Assembly (NCBI GenBank): GCA_040954595.2
Contig: CM082586.2
Coordinates: 2,361,124-2,425,123 of the forward strand
Length of the DNA: 64,000 nucleotides
Reading direction: 5' to 3'
From: Balanoglossus misakiensis
Lineage: Eukaryota > Animalia > Hemichordata
In this document: positions 1 to 11,933 of the stretch, one piece after another
Numbering within the stretch: the first letter of the stretch is position 1
How the letters are laid out: every line of letters begins with the position of its first letter
Made by a program: the position numbers and the translations under genes
The notes under the pieces: generated by a model
What the model was told of the DNA's origin: nothing
The model's input: the letters and a program-made list of their open reading frames with translations, nothing else
Database searches by the model: none

Positions 1-509
1 CGCGAAGCGAGTTTCCTTGAACGTAAAATACAAACCATTGTTTCAGATGTGGCCATATTTGCTTTGTCACCTGTTAACGCGTGTGTTTTGTTTTTACGGC
101 CTTAACGACTCAACGCTGGTAACCCCAACCCGCTTTTCGTATATATAGTTATATGGCTTCTGCAATAAATATTGTTTGGATTTTATGACCTCCGCACTCT
201 TGAAACCAAGGTCGATGCTTTAGTTGTGGTTTCAATGAAGCCTAGCAACACAACATTCGACGAGTGTATGATTACAGAAAGTGACAATTCGGATAAAAAT
301 ATTTTTTTTCGCCATTGAGACTGACCTCGAAAGATTGCTTTGTTTACTGTTTTCAAATGTCACGTGTAGCCTGCATTAAAATCCTAAAAGTTGCATGGTT
401 AGTATAGTAAATGCGTGAAACGTCGACCACTGATAGTGCGGAGGCAAATTCCATTTTCTCTGACTAAAATGTCCGATCGGTTTTGATTAATTTGGCTTCT
501 GTTTATCAG

Positions 510-2459
510 CGACTCGGAGATGGAGTCGGCGGACAAGCGAGAGAGAGATGAACTGTCCATCTTCTGGAAGTTTGTGACCTTGCTCTGCTGTTATCTCTCT
601 CTGTCGCTTTGCCTGGGTTTGAACTACGGTCTTTGGCCACTCGTCGACGGTCTGCGAGAATTCTACCAGGAATACTACTATGATTCGGATGGTGTCGACC
701 CGAAGTGGATCGTCTATATAAATATTACAATGACTGGCATTACCGGTAAGCCATGTATTGTATAAAGTATATACGTGTACGGGTGTATACGGACAAATAC
801 GGTGACAATGCATCTATTTCAATTTTTTGAATGGGATTTCTGATATTTTGGCCAAAACACATTTCACGAAGTTCATTGGTACCATTTTAGCTGTAATATT
901 GGCACTCATAAAATCACCACAACAAAACAAACATTGTAGTCATGGTAGCAAAACAAACACTGTGGTCATGGAAGCAAAACAAACATTATGGAAGTGTTTT
1001 CCCACGTCTCCATCATGATTTCTTTTTCAGCCTATGTGGCCGTCACGCTGGTGTACAACTTTGAAAATGGTGTCAGGATATCGGCAGTTTGTGGTGCGTG
1101 CTTGTCGACCCTGGGTTTGCTGATCTCCGGCTTCGTGAGGGGCGTAGGAACACTATGCGCCACCTACGGCTTCATTACAGGTAAGGCAACGTGATGCTGC
1201 GTGAGTTGGATTGGATTTCTGGTCCGTACCTGTCGTTTGGGACAAAATCTGATGCGAGCACTAAGGCCAAAAATTCGGGAGTATTCTCTTGGCCAGCAAC
1301 CGTACAGCGATCGAAGATGGATCGCTAATAATCTGTTCTTTTCTTGATTTGGCATTTAGGTCTCGGGTATGGATTGCTGTTAACACCCACCATAGGGCTG
1401 ATACCCATCTATTTCCCCACACGCTACACTTATTACAATGCAGTGGCCTTCTCGGGAACGAGCCTGTGCATTTTCTACGTGCCGGCGTTGTTTGATTACG
1501 TCACCGAGGTGTACGGGCTACATTCCATGTTCGTGATTCTCGGTTGCTTGAACGCTCAGTTGGTCTTCGTCGCCTTCCTCTTTCCTCCAATGAAGCATTT
1601 CTTAATGGCGTCTTCGCACGAGCGCCGCCAACGAATCACCAGAGCGTTCGCGCTACTGAAGGCCTCCCTGGCAGAGTCTGACCGTCCACTGTTCAGTACC
1701 GTCATAGCGTCCATGTTCCTGATCGGTGTCGGCTACAACATTCTGTTGTTGCATCTCCGCCAGTTCGCCGTGTACAACGGGACCAGTGCCGCGGATGCAG
1801 CGACTGTCATGACCGTGTGCGGGGTTTTCATGATCGTTGGTCAGCTTCTCCACGGATATCTGACGTTCACCAAGAGAGTCGAACGAGATGAACTGTCTTA
1901 CAGGCGTTTCTGTTATTCGATGGCTCTGATAGTGGTTGGTCTGGCTGCCTTGTTCAGCTCCGTGGCGGAATCCTTTGCAGGACACGCGGCCTTGGCTGCC
2001 CTCATTGGACTCGGCAGTGGGATATATTTCCCTCTGCTCTTCGTTCTCCTGCGGCAGTCGTTCATATCCGACGGAGACGGCAGACTGGCGGCCGCACTGG
2101 CAATCGGGTTGCCCGTCTTTGGAGTAGGCGCTCTGATTGGTCTACCCATCGGAGGTAAGATTAAATTCAACTTCCAGCCGGTTTACAAACATGTGTCTCC
2201 CTCTATTGGTCTGTTACTTGGTATGTTCGGAGTCGGTATTCTCTGTTGATATAACTTTAGAACTCGTGTTGATTTTCTTCCAGATCTTTTGAACGAAAGT
2301 TTCCAGAATTACAACAGCTCCTTTTTCTTGGCTGGGGCGGCGCTGTTACTTGTCGTCTGCTTGATGGCATACAAGTTGGTGTCTTGGATTCGAGGATCTT
2401 GGAAGACCAGAAAGGCCAATCGCGCCGTGGCCGACGCTGGACAACCCGACAGCGCATGA
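510..2459 (+). CDS. SLC16/monocarboxylate-transporter-like MFS protein, paralog 1 (448 aa from ATG 520; an upstream exon probably lies outside the window)
   Basis: Exons 510/520-745, 1031-1180, 1360-2154, 2284-2459 (TGA), all GT-AG with phase-1 junctions. About 12 hydrophobic segments; SLC16-type motifs TYGFITGLGYGL, YFPTR..NAVAFSG, YNSSFFLAG. An acceptor at 508-509 matches the phase-2 first intron of the paralogs. Confidence 0.88.
924..994 (+). repeat. 26-bp tandem repeat (~2.7 copies) in an intron
   Basis: aaaacaaacattgtagtcatggtagc / aaaacaaacactgtggtcatggaagc / aaaacaaacattatggaag. Confidence 0.85.
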
Positions 2460-3074
2460 CCGAAAAACAAAAGCAAAACACGTGCCACTTGCCTCATCAC
2501 CACAGAATTTGTACAAACGTACCATTTTGGAACTGCTTGTATTTACTTTTTGTATACATTTTATAAACCGTCCAGTATAATCGAGTTCTATGCTAAACCG
2601 TACTTTATGTTTCAGATATTTAAAATGTCATCTTATAGTTAAGAAATAAAGTTGATAAATACAATGTTCTTTATTAAGACTGTGAAATGGTGTATGTATG
2701 TATCTACAAAGTGACAGCCAGGCAATAGAAACTGAGTAACTGGGCTACAACAATAAAGACCACATTAACTTTTAAACTAGACAACACTCTGTGACAACAT
2801 ATGTCATGCGTGTCCGCGTCGTTATCACTGTTTATTGTCTACGTACACGGGTCATGAACTATCGCTCGTAGTAGCTGCACAAGTCATTTACACGTCGCTA
2901 TGGATACGATCAACACCGGACAGGGACAGCTCACATGCAGTCACAGTAAAGAAAAAATTGAAAAACGAGTGTGATGACTCATAATGATATTTCCTGGTGT
3001 CGCCGGAGTACCATCTTCTTTGACATTTATTCGTGTGTGACCAAGAATAAAGGGCAGACGATAAACGACCAAAC

Positions 3075-5631
3075 ATGGCGACTGGGCAAGTAGAACAACT
3101 ACCGGAAGAAAGGTAAGTTTTGCAAATTCTCACACCCACGCCCATCAAGATTTGCACTGCGATGACAACACATAACAGGCTACCGTTTATTCGGCCATGT
3201 TGTAGCGTAGCGGACATAGCTACCAGCTACATGTATACCGTTTGACTCTGCCTGTTCCTCCCAACAGGCATATGTACAGCTGACCCGCTGCTTCCCAATA
3301 CATGTAAACAGTTCCATGTACAGACAAAATGTCTATTTTTATATCTATAAAACTGCGTACGTCAACAAAAATATGAGTGTTTGGCCCACAGTTAAATATA
3401 TGAACACATAATAAAGCTTTTCACAGAGCATAAATCTTGTGGTTATATTTACAGCACGATGGAAACAGATTTGATTCCTCAGCCTCGGAAGAAGAAACAT
3501 CTCGGCTGCTGGGAAGTGACTGTTGTTTGCTGCAACATCGTGGTGACGTTATTTTGTCTTGGTCTAAATTTTGGTTTGGGTAAACTGATCATAAACCTGG
3601 GAGCGTTCTTCAACGAATATCATCTACACGAGGAAACTATGGACATTAAATGGGTTGTGTACGTCAATATTTTAATGGTAGGCCTAACTGGTGAGTTACA
3701 GTTATTTTTTGTGTATGTTTGGGTTGGATTGGCGCCATCTTTGTTGAACAATGAAACTGGTCTACAGTTTTTAATAGTGTTTGTTTTCCCCATAACCTTC
3801 TAACACGTGAGTTGAATTTCGATTCCACCGTAGCCCCGTTGGCGAGCTGGGCGATCTCTGGCAAACATGAATACCGCATACGCATCACCGCCGCAATCGG
3901 CGCTCTTCTGTCGACGCTCGGCATCTTCGTCTCGGCATTCGCCTGGAGTGCGGAGGTTCTGTGCGTTACCTACGGTGTCATTGCAGGTACGTCATCAGTT
4001 CCTGCGAAATTCCAGCAACAAATTGATTACGTCATCAGTTCCTGCGAAATTCCAGCAGCAAATCGATTCATCCGCTCATTATACGGGGAAGTTTGAATTC
4101 TCCTTGCCCACTCCTGGGCTAATTCTGTCATTCAAATTATTCACAGGTATCGGTTTCGGATTGGCTCTGACTCCAGCACTTGGAATCATCTCAATCTATT
4201 TTCCAAAGCAAAGGTACACCTTTGCCAATGCCGTAGCGTTCACTGGTTCCAGCATCGGTATCTTTGTTTTCCCGCCGTTGATATCGGCGGCCGCCGAGAG
4301 GTACGGAAAAAGGCCGACCTTTATCATCCTCGCATGTCTGAACTTTCAGATGGTAGTCGCGACAGTTCTCTTTCCCGGGGTCGACCCGCCGAAGCTTACA
4401 GCCTTGACTATGAAAGAGAAACTGTTGAGATTTAAAAGGGATCTGTTTTGCAAAATACCTCTGATGGGCACCATGGCTGCGGCGATGTTCTTCGTCGGAG
4501 CCGGATTCAATGTCCTCTTGCTTCATCTTCAAAGCTTTGTGAATCGGAATGGAACAGCTGAATGTCAATTCGTATCGGTGTCAGAGCCGTCCGAATTGGC
4601 GCTGAGGGTTTGCGCCGTCTTCATGCTGATTGGTCAGATATTACACGGTGCGTTGTCATTGAAGAAGAGATTCGATGACGGAGAGGACACTACATACAGA
4701 CTCTTTATGTTCGGCGTTTCCACTCTCCTCACGGGGATTGTAGCTTTATTTAGTTCAATAGCCGAGAGTTGTGCAGGAAACGTTGCCGTTGCTGCGTTAG
4801 TCGGCCTTGGTGGCGGTATCTACCTGCCGCTGACCTTTGGCCTTGCCAGGCACGCAACTGCAGCCAGCGACGGATGGACTCTTACGGATGAACTTGGGGT
4901 TGGATTTCCCATGTACAGCCTTGGAGCTTTCATAGGATTGGCCGTTGGAGGTATTTCAGGAATTACTTTTCCCTTAATTGGCCGGTGAGAGAGTGGGTAG
5001 TGAGTTAATGAACGAGTCGTTAATAACTGACTGACTGACTGATTGATTGATCGACCAATCGGTCGAAGAATGTGGATTATGCTTTGATACTGGATGTAAC
5101 GAATTGAATTTTCTTGGGAAAATTATGTTGACATTTTAAACAGAGATGTAAACTACAATCATGGTTATCTTTACCGCACCTCTGTCTGTATTTCCTCTCT
5201 GTACAGATGTTGCGAATGATGCGCTTGAGAACTACAACACGTCGTTCTTCTTGGCCGGCGGAGCCTTAGTGGTCGTATCCACCATGACCACGCTGAGGTG
5301 TCTGTTCAAGCTGCGGGCGCTGTGCCGCGGACAAGCGGCCAAAGTGACACCCGCCCCCGCGGTAGCAGAATCGAGGCCCGGTCCATCATCCGAGCCCGAG
5401 GGGGCGCTGCAGGCCAGGCCGAAGCCAAGTGGTCCACAGAACGTCACTGTCCAAGTCCACTACCACAATCCAACAGTAGTGAATGTCCTCAACACCCAAG
5501 AAGGCAAAATCACGAAGGATCAACTGCTGCAGATTGCCAGCAACCCCGAGGCTGATTTGCGACAGCGACCCATTGAGTACAAGGAATCCCGCCCCAAGGC
5601 CAAGCGACGAGCCCTCTCGATGCAATACTAA
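3075..5631 (+). CDS. SLC16/MCT-like MFS protein, paralog 2 (551 aa, extended C-terminal tail)
   Basis: Exons 3075-3112 (aaacATGG, MATGQVEQLPEES), 3455-3690, 3834-3986, 4147-4950, 5207-5631; phases 2,1,1,1; total 1656 nt. Motifs TYGVIAGIGFGL, YFPKQRYTFANAVAFTG, YNTSFFLAG. Confidence 0.9.
3988..4067 (+). repeat. 40-bp direct tandem duplication at the start of intron 3 of MCT paralog 2
   Basis: tacgtcatcagttcctgcgaaattccagcaacaaattgat followed by tacgtcatcagttcctgcgaaattccagcagcaaatcgat (2 mismatches). Confidence 0.92.
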
Positions 5632-6486
5632 CAGAAGAACAGACGCTGTCATCGCAGGGCACCTTTACCCCTCCATCAAACATACACAAGAAATGAAGCA
5701 AAATATGATGTAATTAAAAACATGGTAGCCGCTTTAATTAAGAAAGAATTATGATTTCCTGTCCCATCGACCTTTTTGTGTATTTAAAACATCAAACCCT
5801 CAAATGATGGATGGTAAGCTATTGATATTGTATTCAGAACCTAGTAAGTTATCACATATGTATAATTTTCTTCTGATTCGACATGCACGTATAGTCAAAG
5901 TTCGAGAACCCATGCTTTTCTATGTCCCCGGATTCTCCGCCTTGTTGTGGGAAGGGGGGGGGGGGTACTTTTTCAGTCTTCAATTTTCACCAACGCCCTG
6001 ACCACGTTTGGCCGAGAGTCACAGATCATTTTACTGTTTTTGGGAGTATATAAATTTAACGTTGGTAATTTACAAAACTGGCTTACTAATAGCTGAATGA
6101 CTCGGGTATAAATAAAGTTCTTTTGCACAACGATTACTAACGTATACATATACCTGATTCTGTCCAAACATGTTGCTTGTTTTTTGATAAACACATTTTC
6201 AGGTCAACCGGGGTCCCCGGATAACCAAGCACAATCAATGCTCTGTCTTGTGTTCCGGGTTCGCACAAAACCACTGTCAAATGAATAGTGTCGGCGGCAT
6301 GCATATGCATATGCGCGTCACGACTGACCGTTTGAACCCCAGTCAGGACTTACTTACAGCAAAAGTCAGACGTCAGTTTAATATGCTTCTGGCATGATAT
6401 ACAAGCAAGCAAGCAAGCAAGGACTGGTCACGGTGGCGGCAAATTTTAAAGAAAACGCCCAAGACACAGCGAGTTGATTGGTGAAC

Positions 6487-9400
6487 ATGGCTGGTGGTAA
6501 TATGGAGGACGCGGCTGGTCACAGTGCAACTGGCGACCAGGACCAAGCGAAAGGACAGAGGTGGGTCAATTGAACAGCAGACAATACTCAGTAAGGCCTT
6601 GGTGTGAGATTCTGTATATGAATACGTGCTTCTCCCCATTCGCACACAAAAGAAATGCTGTTATTTGAACAGCGCCGTCTGAGAAAAAGGTGACCGAGTT
6701 AGGAAGCCACGGCGGAGTGTTCAATCGTGTGTTTTATACCACAAAGCTGATGACAGGGTTTTACGTGAACCTTGACGAGTTCACCGTCGGTCATTGCCGC
6801 AAACCGTGCCACAGTTTTACCAGTAGGATGACTGACAAAAATTTGACCATATTGAGAGATATTCCACGCGTGCCCATTCAACACACATAGACATGGCCAC
6901 CTTAAAGAAACAATTGGACACTGTTAAATTGTCTCGGCAAATTCCCAGCATCGATAGAAAAGACGTATCGAATCCCACAGGATAAACGTAATTCCGCAGT
7001 TCAGAGGTCAAGAAACTCGGAAAAGTTCAACGGCAGCCAGACAACGACGCCCTATTTTAATACCGCAAAAACTTGCCATGCAGTCGCCTATACATGTTCT
7101 GACCTCAGTTTAATGATGCCAAGAAACGATCAGTATTTACTTGATTTGACCTCATTCATTTGCGGTCAACACGCCACCAGGGAATTAAATCCAGGGAGGT
7201 CACATGATCGAACCGCAATGAGTAACCGAACTCCTTGAATTTGCCCCCACCCTACAGGCTGAAATAACTTAAAATGTCTGGCCAAACCTATACACAGAGG
7301 GGAAGCATGTCCTGTCTATATACCAGCGATTGAATGTATGTGACTAAACAGGGATTGAACTGCAGGAAAATGAATCAGCCAAGTAATAAAAAAGAATATC
7401 TGAAACTAAAACTTTGACTAAATTAACTTTTCTATTGCGCGAATCATTTTATGTGTTTGTTTATAACTAACAGAAACTGTTACTATTTTATCTTCTTTGT
7501 ACAGGAAAAGAATTCAATTTGCTCGGTCTTTAAGTGTACAAATACCGGAAGGTCCTCCTGACTGGTGGAAATGGGTGATAGTGGCCAGCAACTTTGTGAT
7601 TATGATATTCTGCCTGGGTCTGAACTACGCCATGTGGGGCCTTGTCCTTGAACTCCAAGAGTTCTTCAACGAGTATGAGTATATCAAACCGAGCGTGGAA
7701 GTGAAATGGATAGTGTACATTAATATTTTTATGGTCAACATAACGGGTAAGAGAGGCTGAGTTTCCAACGTTCTGCCTGTCAACATTGCCGGTGTACACG
7801 GTGTAACGGCCATTGTTATTCTAATTTTCAACGATAATTAGGAATATATAAACGCACTGGTCGTGGTGATAATGTTCATGTATATACTACACATTTTCCA
7901 CACGCTAACACGCAGGCCCTTGTCTCACATTCCTTATTTTCAGCCGTGTTTTCAAGCTGGTTGGCGCATAAATTCGGGCATCGAACCACGGCTGTATCTG
8001 GCGCTATCCTGTCTACATTCGGGCTCTTTCTGTCCAGTTTCACGAAGAGCATTGGGTTCCTGTGTGTAAGCTATGGCGTTGTGACGGGTAGGTCATGCTA
8101 TATCAGTTGTTAGTGACTATTTGTAGAGACTAAGTAAGCCCTATACATGTTTACAATGATGTGAAACATTAGCGGAACGCCATGAATATTACACGATTGA
8201 TCACCTATGCAAACGTTGCCATAGTTACCACGGAAAGTGGAGATATCTGGCCAATCACAGATTATGCTGGATGGCCAATCGTAACAGTGCGCCACCACGT
8301 GGCCAATCGAGGATTCAAACACGCCATTTTAACAATACATTGGCATGTGTATAAGTTATAAGTGATTATAATCTCTTGAGAGTGGTCTAAAGAAACCACG
8401 ACTTCACTAATTTTGACCAAAAAGATATTTAGCTATTCCTGCTATAAAAGCTGACTGTTTAAAAACTCTTATTTCGTCAGGTATTGGTTATGGGCTGATG
8501 TTGACTCCAAGTCTTGGCATTCTGGCTCGCTATTTTGACAAGAAGTACACTTTCGCCAACGCCATACCCTTCGTCGGGTCAAGCCTGTGCATTGTGTTTT
8601 TCCCTTACTTACTGCGCGCTGTCATGGCAACATATGGACGCAAAGGGATCTTCTTCATCCTGGCCAGCTTGAACGCTCAGACGATCTGGGTGAGTTTGTT
8701 GTACAAACCGTTCCAGAAATCTACCGCCAAAAAGAAGAAGAGGAGTGGCGGTAAGAAAAGACGCGGGAGAAATGCGAATGATGACGACACTGACGGTAAC
8801 AAGAAAGATGCAATCTCCGCCTTCAAACGTCTGTCAAAAGACCTGTTCTGTAAAAATCCTCTGTTCGTTGTCGTCATATGCTCCATGTTTCTGATTGGCC
8901 TGGGTCACAACACCCTGGTCCTCCATTTTGCATCTGTCGTCAAGGCAACCGGCAGTGATATGGCGAACACGACCTGGTGCATGCTGGCTTTGGGACTCTC
9001 CATGATTCTCGGCCAGATTGGGCACGGCGCCGTTTCCATGGTGAAAGTTCTCCACGGGGGCCCCGAATCAACGTACGAGCTCTTCATGTTCAGCGCATCG
9101 CAGGTGGGCGTGGCTCTGGTGGCCATGTTCAGCTCGGTGGCTGACACGCCCCCCGGACAAGTGGCCATGGCGTGTCTGATAGGCTTCTGCAGTGGGATTT
9201 ATCTGCCACTCATGATTGGCATAGCTGAGCTGACCACCCATGAGAAACGACCACTCACCACAGCGCTTGGTCTTGGTCTGCCCGTGTATGGTATAGGAGC
9301 ACTGATTGGCTTGTCTGTCGGAGGTAAGTCTATATTTGGTTCCTTTGGATTTGGTCAGAGTTCACCCAGGGATGTGAAAGCATTTGATTATATGTCCGTC

Positions 9401-9664
9401 CTTTAATCAGTTCATTTATTTATCCATCTCTCTATTTTTACAGACGTTCTCAATACTAGTGTTAAATACAACAGTTCTTTCTTCCTGGCCGGGGCGGCCA
9501 TGATGCTCAGCGCCATCATCATGACCTACATTGTAGTGTACACCTGTTGCCGCACACGTCGAAGTTCTCTGCAATGGTCGACGAGCATCCGACGAAACTC
9601 CCGCCCAGTTTATCTGCGCAGTGCGTCTGCACCAGCTCAGGTTCAGAGGTCATCCAGCTTTTGA
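6487..9664 (+). CDS. SLC16/MCT-like MFS protein, paralog 3 (507 aa)
   Basis: Exons 6487-6560, 7505-7746, 7944-8087, 8481-9323, 9444-9664; phases 2,1,1,1; total 1524 nt. PPDWWKWVIV resembles the SLC16 TM1 (PPDGGWGW) motif; also YFDKKYTFANA and YNSSFFLAG. Confidence 0.9.
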
Positions 9665-9771
9665 CCGTTTTGATTTTACAAATGGAAGAGGAAGTTGCAT
9701 GACGGGATTTATGGTCAACGTCACACTACTTTGTTTTTCTGAGACGAATGCCGCCGCGCATTAAAACAAGT

Positions 9772-10080
9772 CACTATGCAATGATGTGAAGGCACGGGGA
9801 AAGTGTGTCTGTCTTGAGGGCAGCTCAAAGATATTGCTGCCCTCAGGGCCGATTCGTGGATATACACTATGCAATTCTGTATAGGCAAAGGAAATGTATG
9901 TGCGCGCCCTAGGGTAGTTTGGTAGATACAGTATACCCTATGCAATACTGTAAGCATAGTAAATGTACGTCTGCCCTGAGGGCAGCTCAGATAATTGCTA
10001 CCCTCAAGGCAGATTCGTAGATATACACTATGCAATGCTGTGTAGGCATAGGAAATATATGTATGCCTGACGACAGCTCA
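9772..10080. repeat. Degenerate tandem repeat (units ~70-93 bp) with internal hairpins, just 3' of MCT paralog 3
   Basis: Anchor C(A/C)CTATGCAAT at 9772, 9865, 9936, 10026; inverted repeat TGAGGGCAGC...GCT(G/A)CCCTCA at 9815-9845 and 9977-10006. Confidence 0.8.
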
Positions 10081-10797
10081 GGCATCTCTTTCCTATACCA
10101 CGTTACAAAGTATTAGCCAATATTTTGTGTAGTAATACTAGTAAGATGAGAGGGCGTTGTTTGCTCACCTGATGTTAGCGGAACCAAGGTCTTGTGCACA
10201 CCCAAAGAAATAGCAGTTTCTTCCAACATAGAGTCCCGTAAATATTCCTAGAGAAGTTCTCCAACTCCTAGAACAACCGGCGATCGTCGTCAAGCTCTCC
10301 ATAGTTTTATCTGTTTCGCTGTAACGTCTTTTGGCAATGAAAATATCACCGTCATCCGACACGATGCTTTCGCCATGAACGCGGTCACACGAATGAAGGG
10401 GCACGTACACGTGTATGGAAGCACCTGGTGTAGCACGTGACCACTCTCCACCAATGAAATATCTCTGTACACTTCCCATTGGTTAATTGGCTGACAGGAA
10501 AGCAGTGTGTGCTTCGCGATTGGTCAAGCATTTAACCAGGTGTTATTGGCATATTGTAAGCCATAAAATGCAAAGCCGTGTCGTGCAATATTGAAGGCCA
10601 CCCGGGCTTGCTGCCCCCCCCCCCTCAGTCGTCCAATATTTGAGCGATTGGCTTCCGTTCGTGTGTAAAATACATACCCGTCGCTCGCTCCATATTGAAT
10701 ATGCAACAGACTCATGAAAATAACAAGATATGTTGCATGTAACATAATAAACACAAATAAATGAAAAGTATGCAATTCCAATTACTGAAATGTTCAC

Positions 10798-10803
10798 TTT
10801 ATT
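10798..10803 (-). terminator. Candidate polyadenylation signal of the large minus-strand gene
   Basis: AATAAA on the minus strand at the end of an AT-rich ~1.1 kb stretch downstream of the TAG at 11934. Confidence 0.45.
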
Positions 10804-11933
10804 CAGGAACTAAATACAGCTTGTAAAAGGTATGTGTAAATGATCAGTACCCATATCCCAAATATTTCAGAATTTGAATATTTTCTAGTATGAAAATATG
10901 ACTTGGTTAAAAAATAGTTCTTTCATTGTTCTGCTCGTAAGGATATGTTTGTGACCAGAGAGAGAGGGATCCAGAGTGATTTGTCACTTACATCCGGGTC
11001 CCAATATCAACATCCGACGTACTATCATTCCGAAGAGTTCATTACCATACCAGATAATTATAAATACATGTAATCGAATGAGGGGTGATTGTTCAAGGTA
11101 TATCGGCTACTCTAATATTATCATGGGTACTGGACGGAGAAGATACATTACTACATTTATGAAAATAGATGACCATTTGTTTAAATACATATATTCTACT
11201 GTTCAATCCTCAGATCAAAAGAGAATTAAAGTCTAGAACCATTGCACTTTATAATCGTATTTATATATAATATAGAAATGTGACGTATTCACATTGAATT
11301 TTTCGAAAGGATATGTTTCTTCTGTAACATGATTATAAATTTGCTTGTCATTATTGAATAGTGTATTTGTACAAATTAATTCAGGCTGAAAGATGGAGAA
11401 TAAAAAGTAAATGTATTAATTGGAATGTCGATGACAAAGTTGGTTGATATAAACAGATTGTTCTGATTCATGAGCGGTGCGCTGTTTTATGAAATTTGAC
11501 ATTAAACTAGTATTTCCCTCACTAGTGAAGGGAGGATTGTAACAAGAACCGTATTTTAGGAAATCCAAATCTGAACTGGATTTTCGTGGACGTTGACAGC
11601 GTGACGACCTAAGACGACAGACATGCAGCCATGTTTAGGCGGCTTCTGTTTCGGCAGGAACTTCACATGCGCATGCGTCTTGAACTTTAGTCGGCCATTT
11701 TGATTGTTCGGCACACGATAGTTAAGACAACGCACAACAAAGATTCGCTGTTGCAACGTGTCGCGTAAGAACACATTTCACATACAGTACTTATCCCACC
11801 AATCGTCCCTTGTAGTCCACAACTTCACATATCACCCAAGTCACTTAGTGACCGACGACAGATACAGCATTGCATTTAATGCAATGATTCGATAGTACTG
11901 ATTAGTCTTTTATCCGTATTAATCACTCGAGGC

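Noticed and set aside
3867-4146. 5' extension of the 373-aa ORF through intron 3 of MCT paralog 2
   Set aside because: A chance open frame across an intron with canonical splice sites conserved in both paralogs; the peptide is not transporter-like.
510-9664. Calling the MCTs thyroid-hormone transporters (MCT8/10) because of the DR4 elements
   Set aside because: They lack the TM8 Arg required by MCT8 and lie far from the DR4 sites; no sequence support.
9772-10080. CRISPR-like repeat-spacer array
   Set aside because: The units are degenerate and similar along their whole length, with no unique spacers and no cas genes; eukaryotic context.
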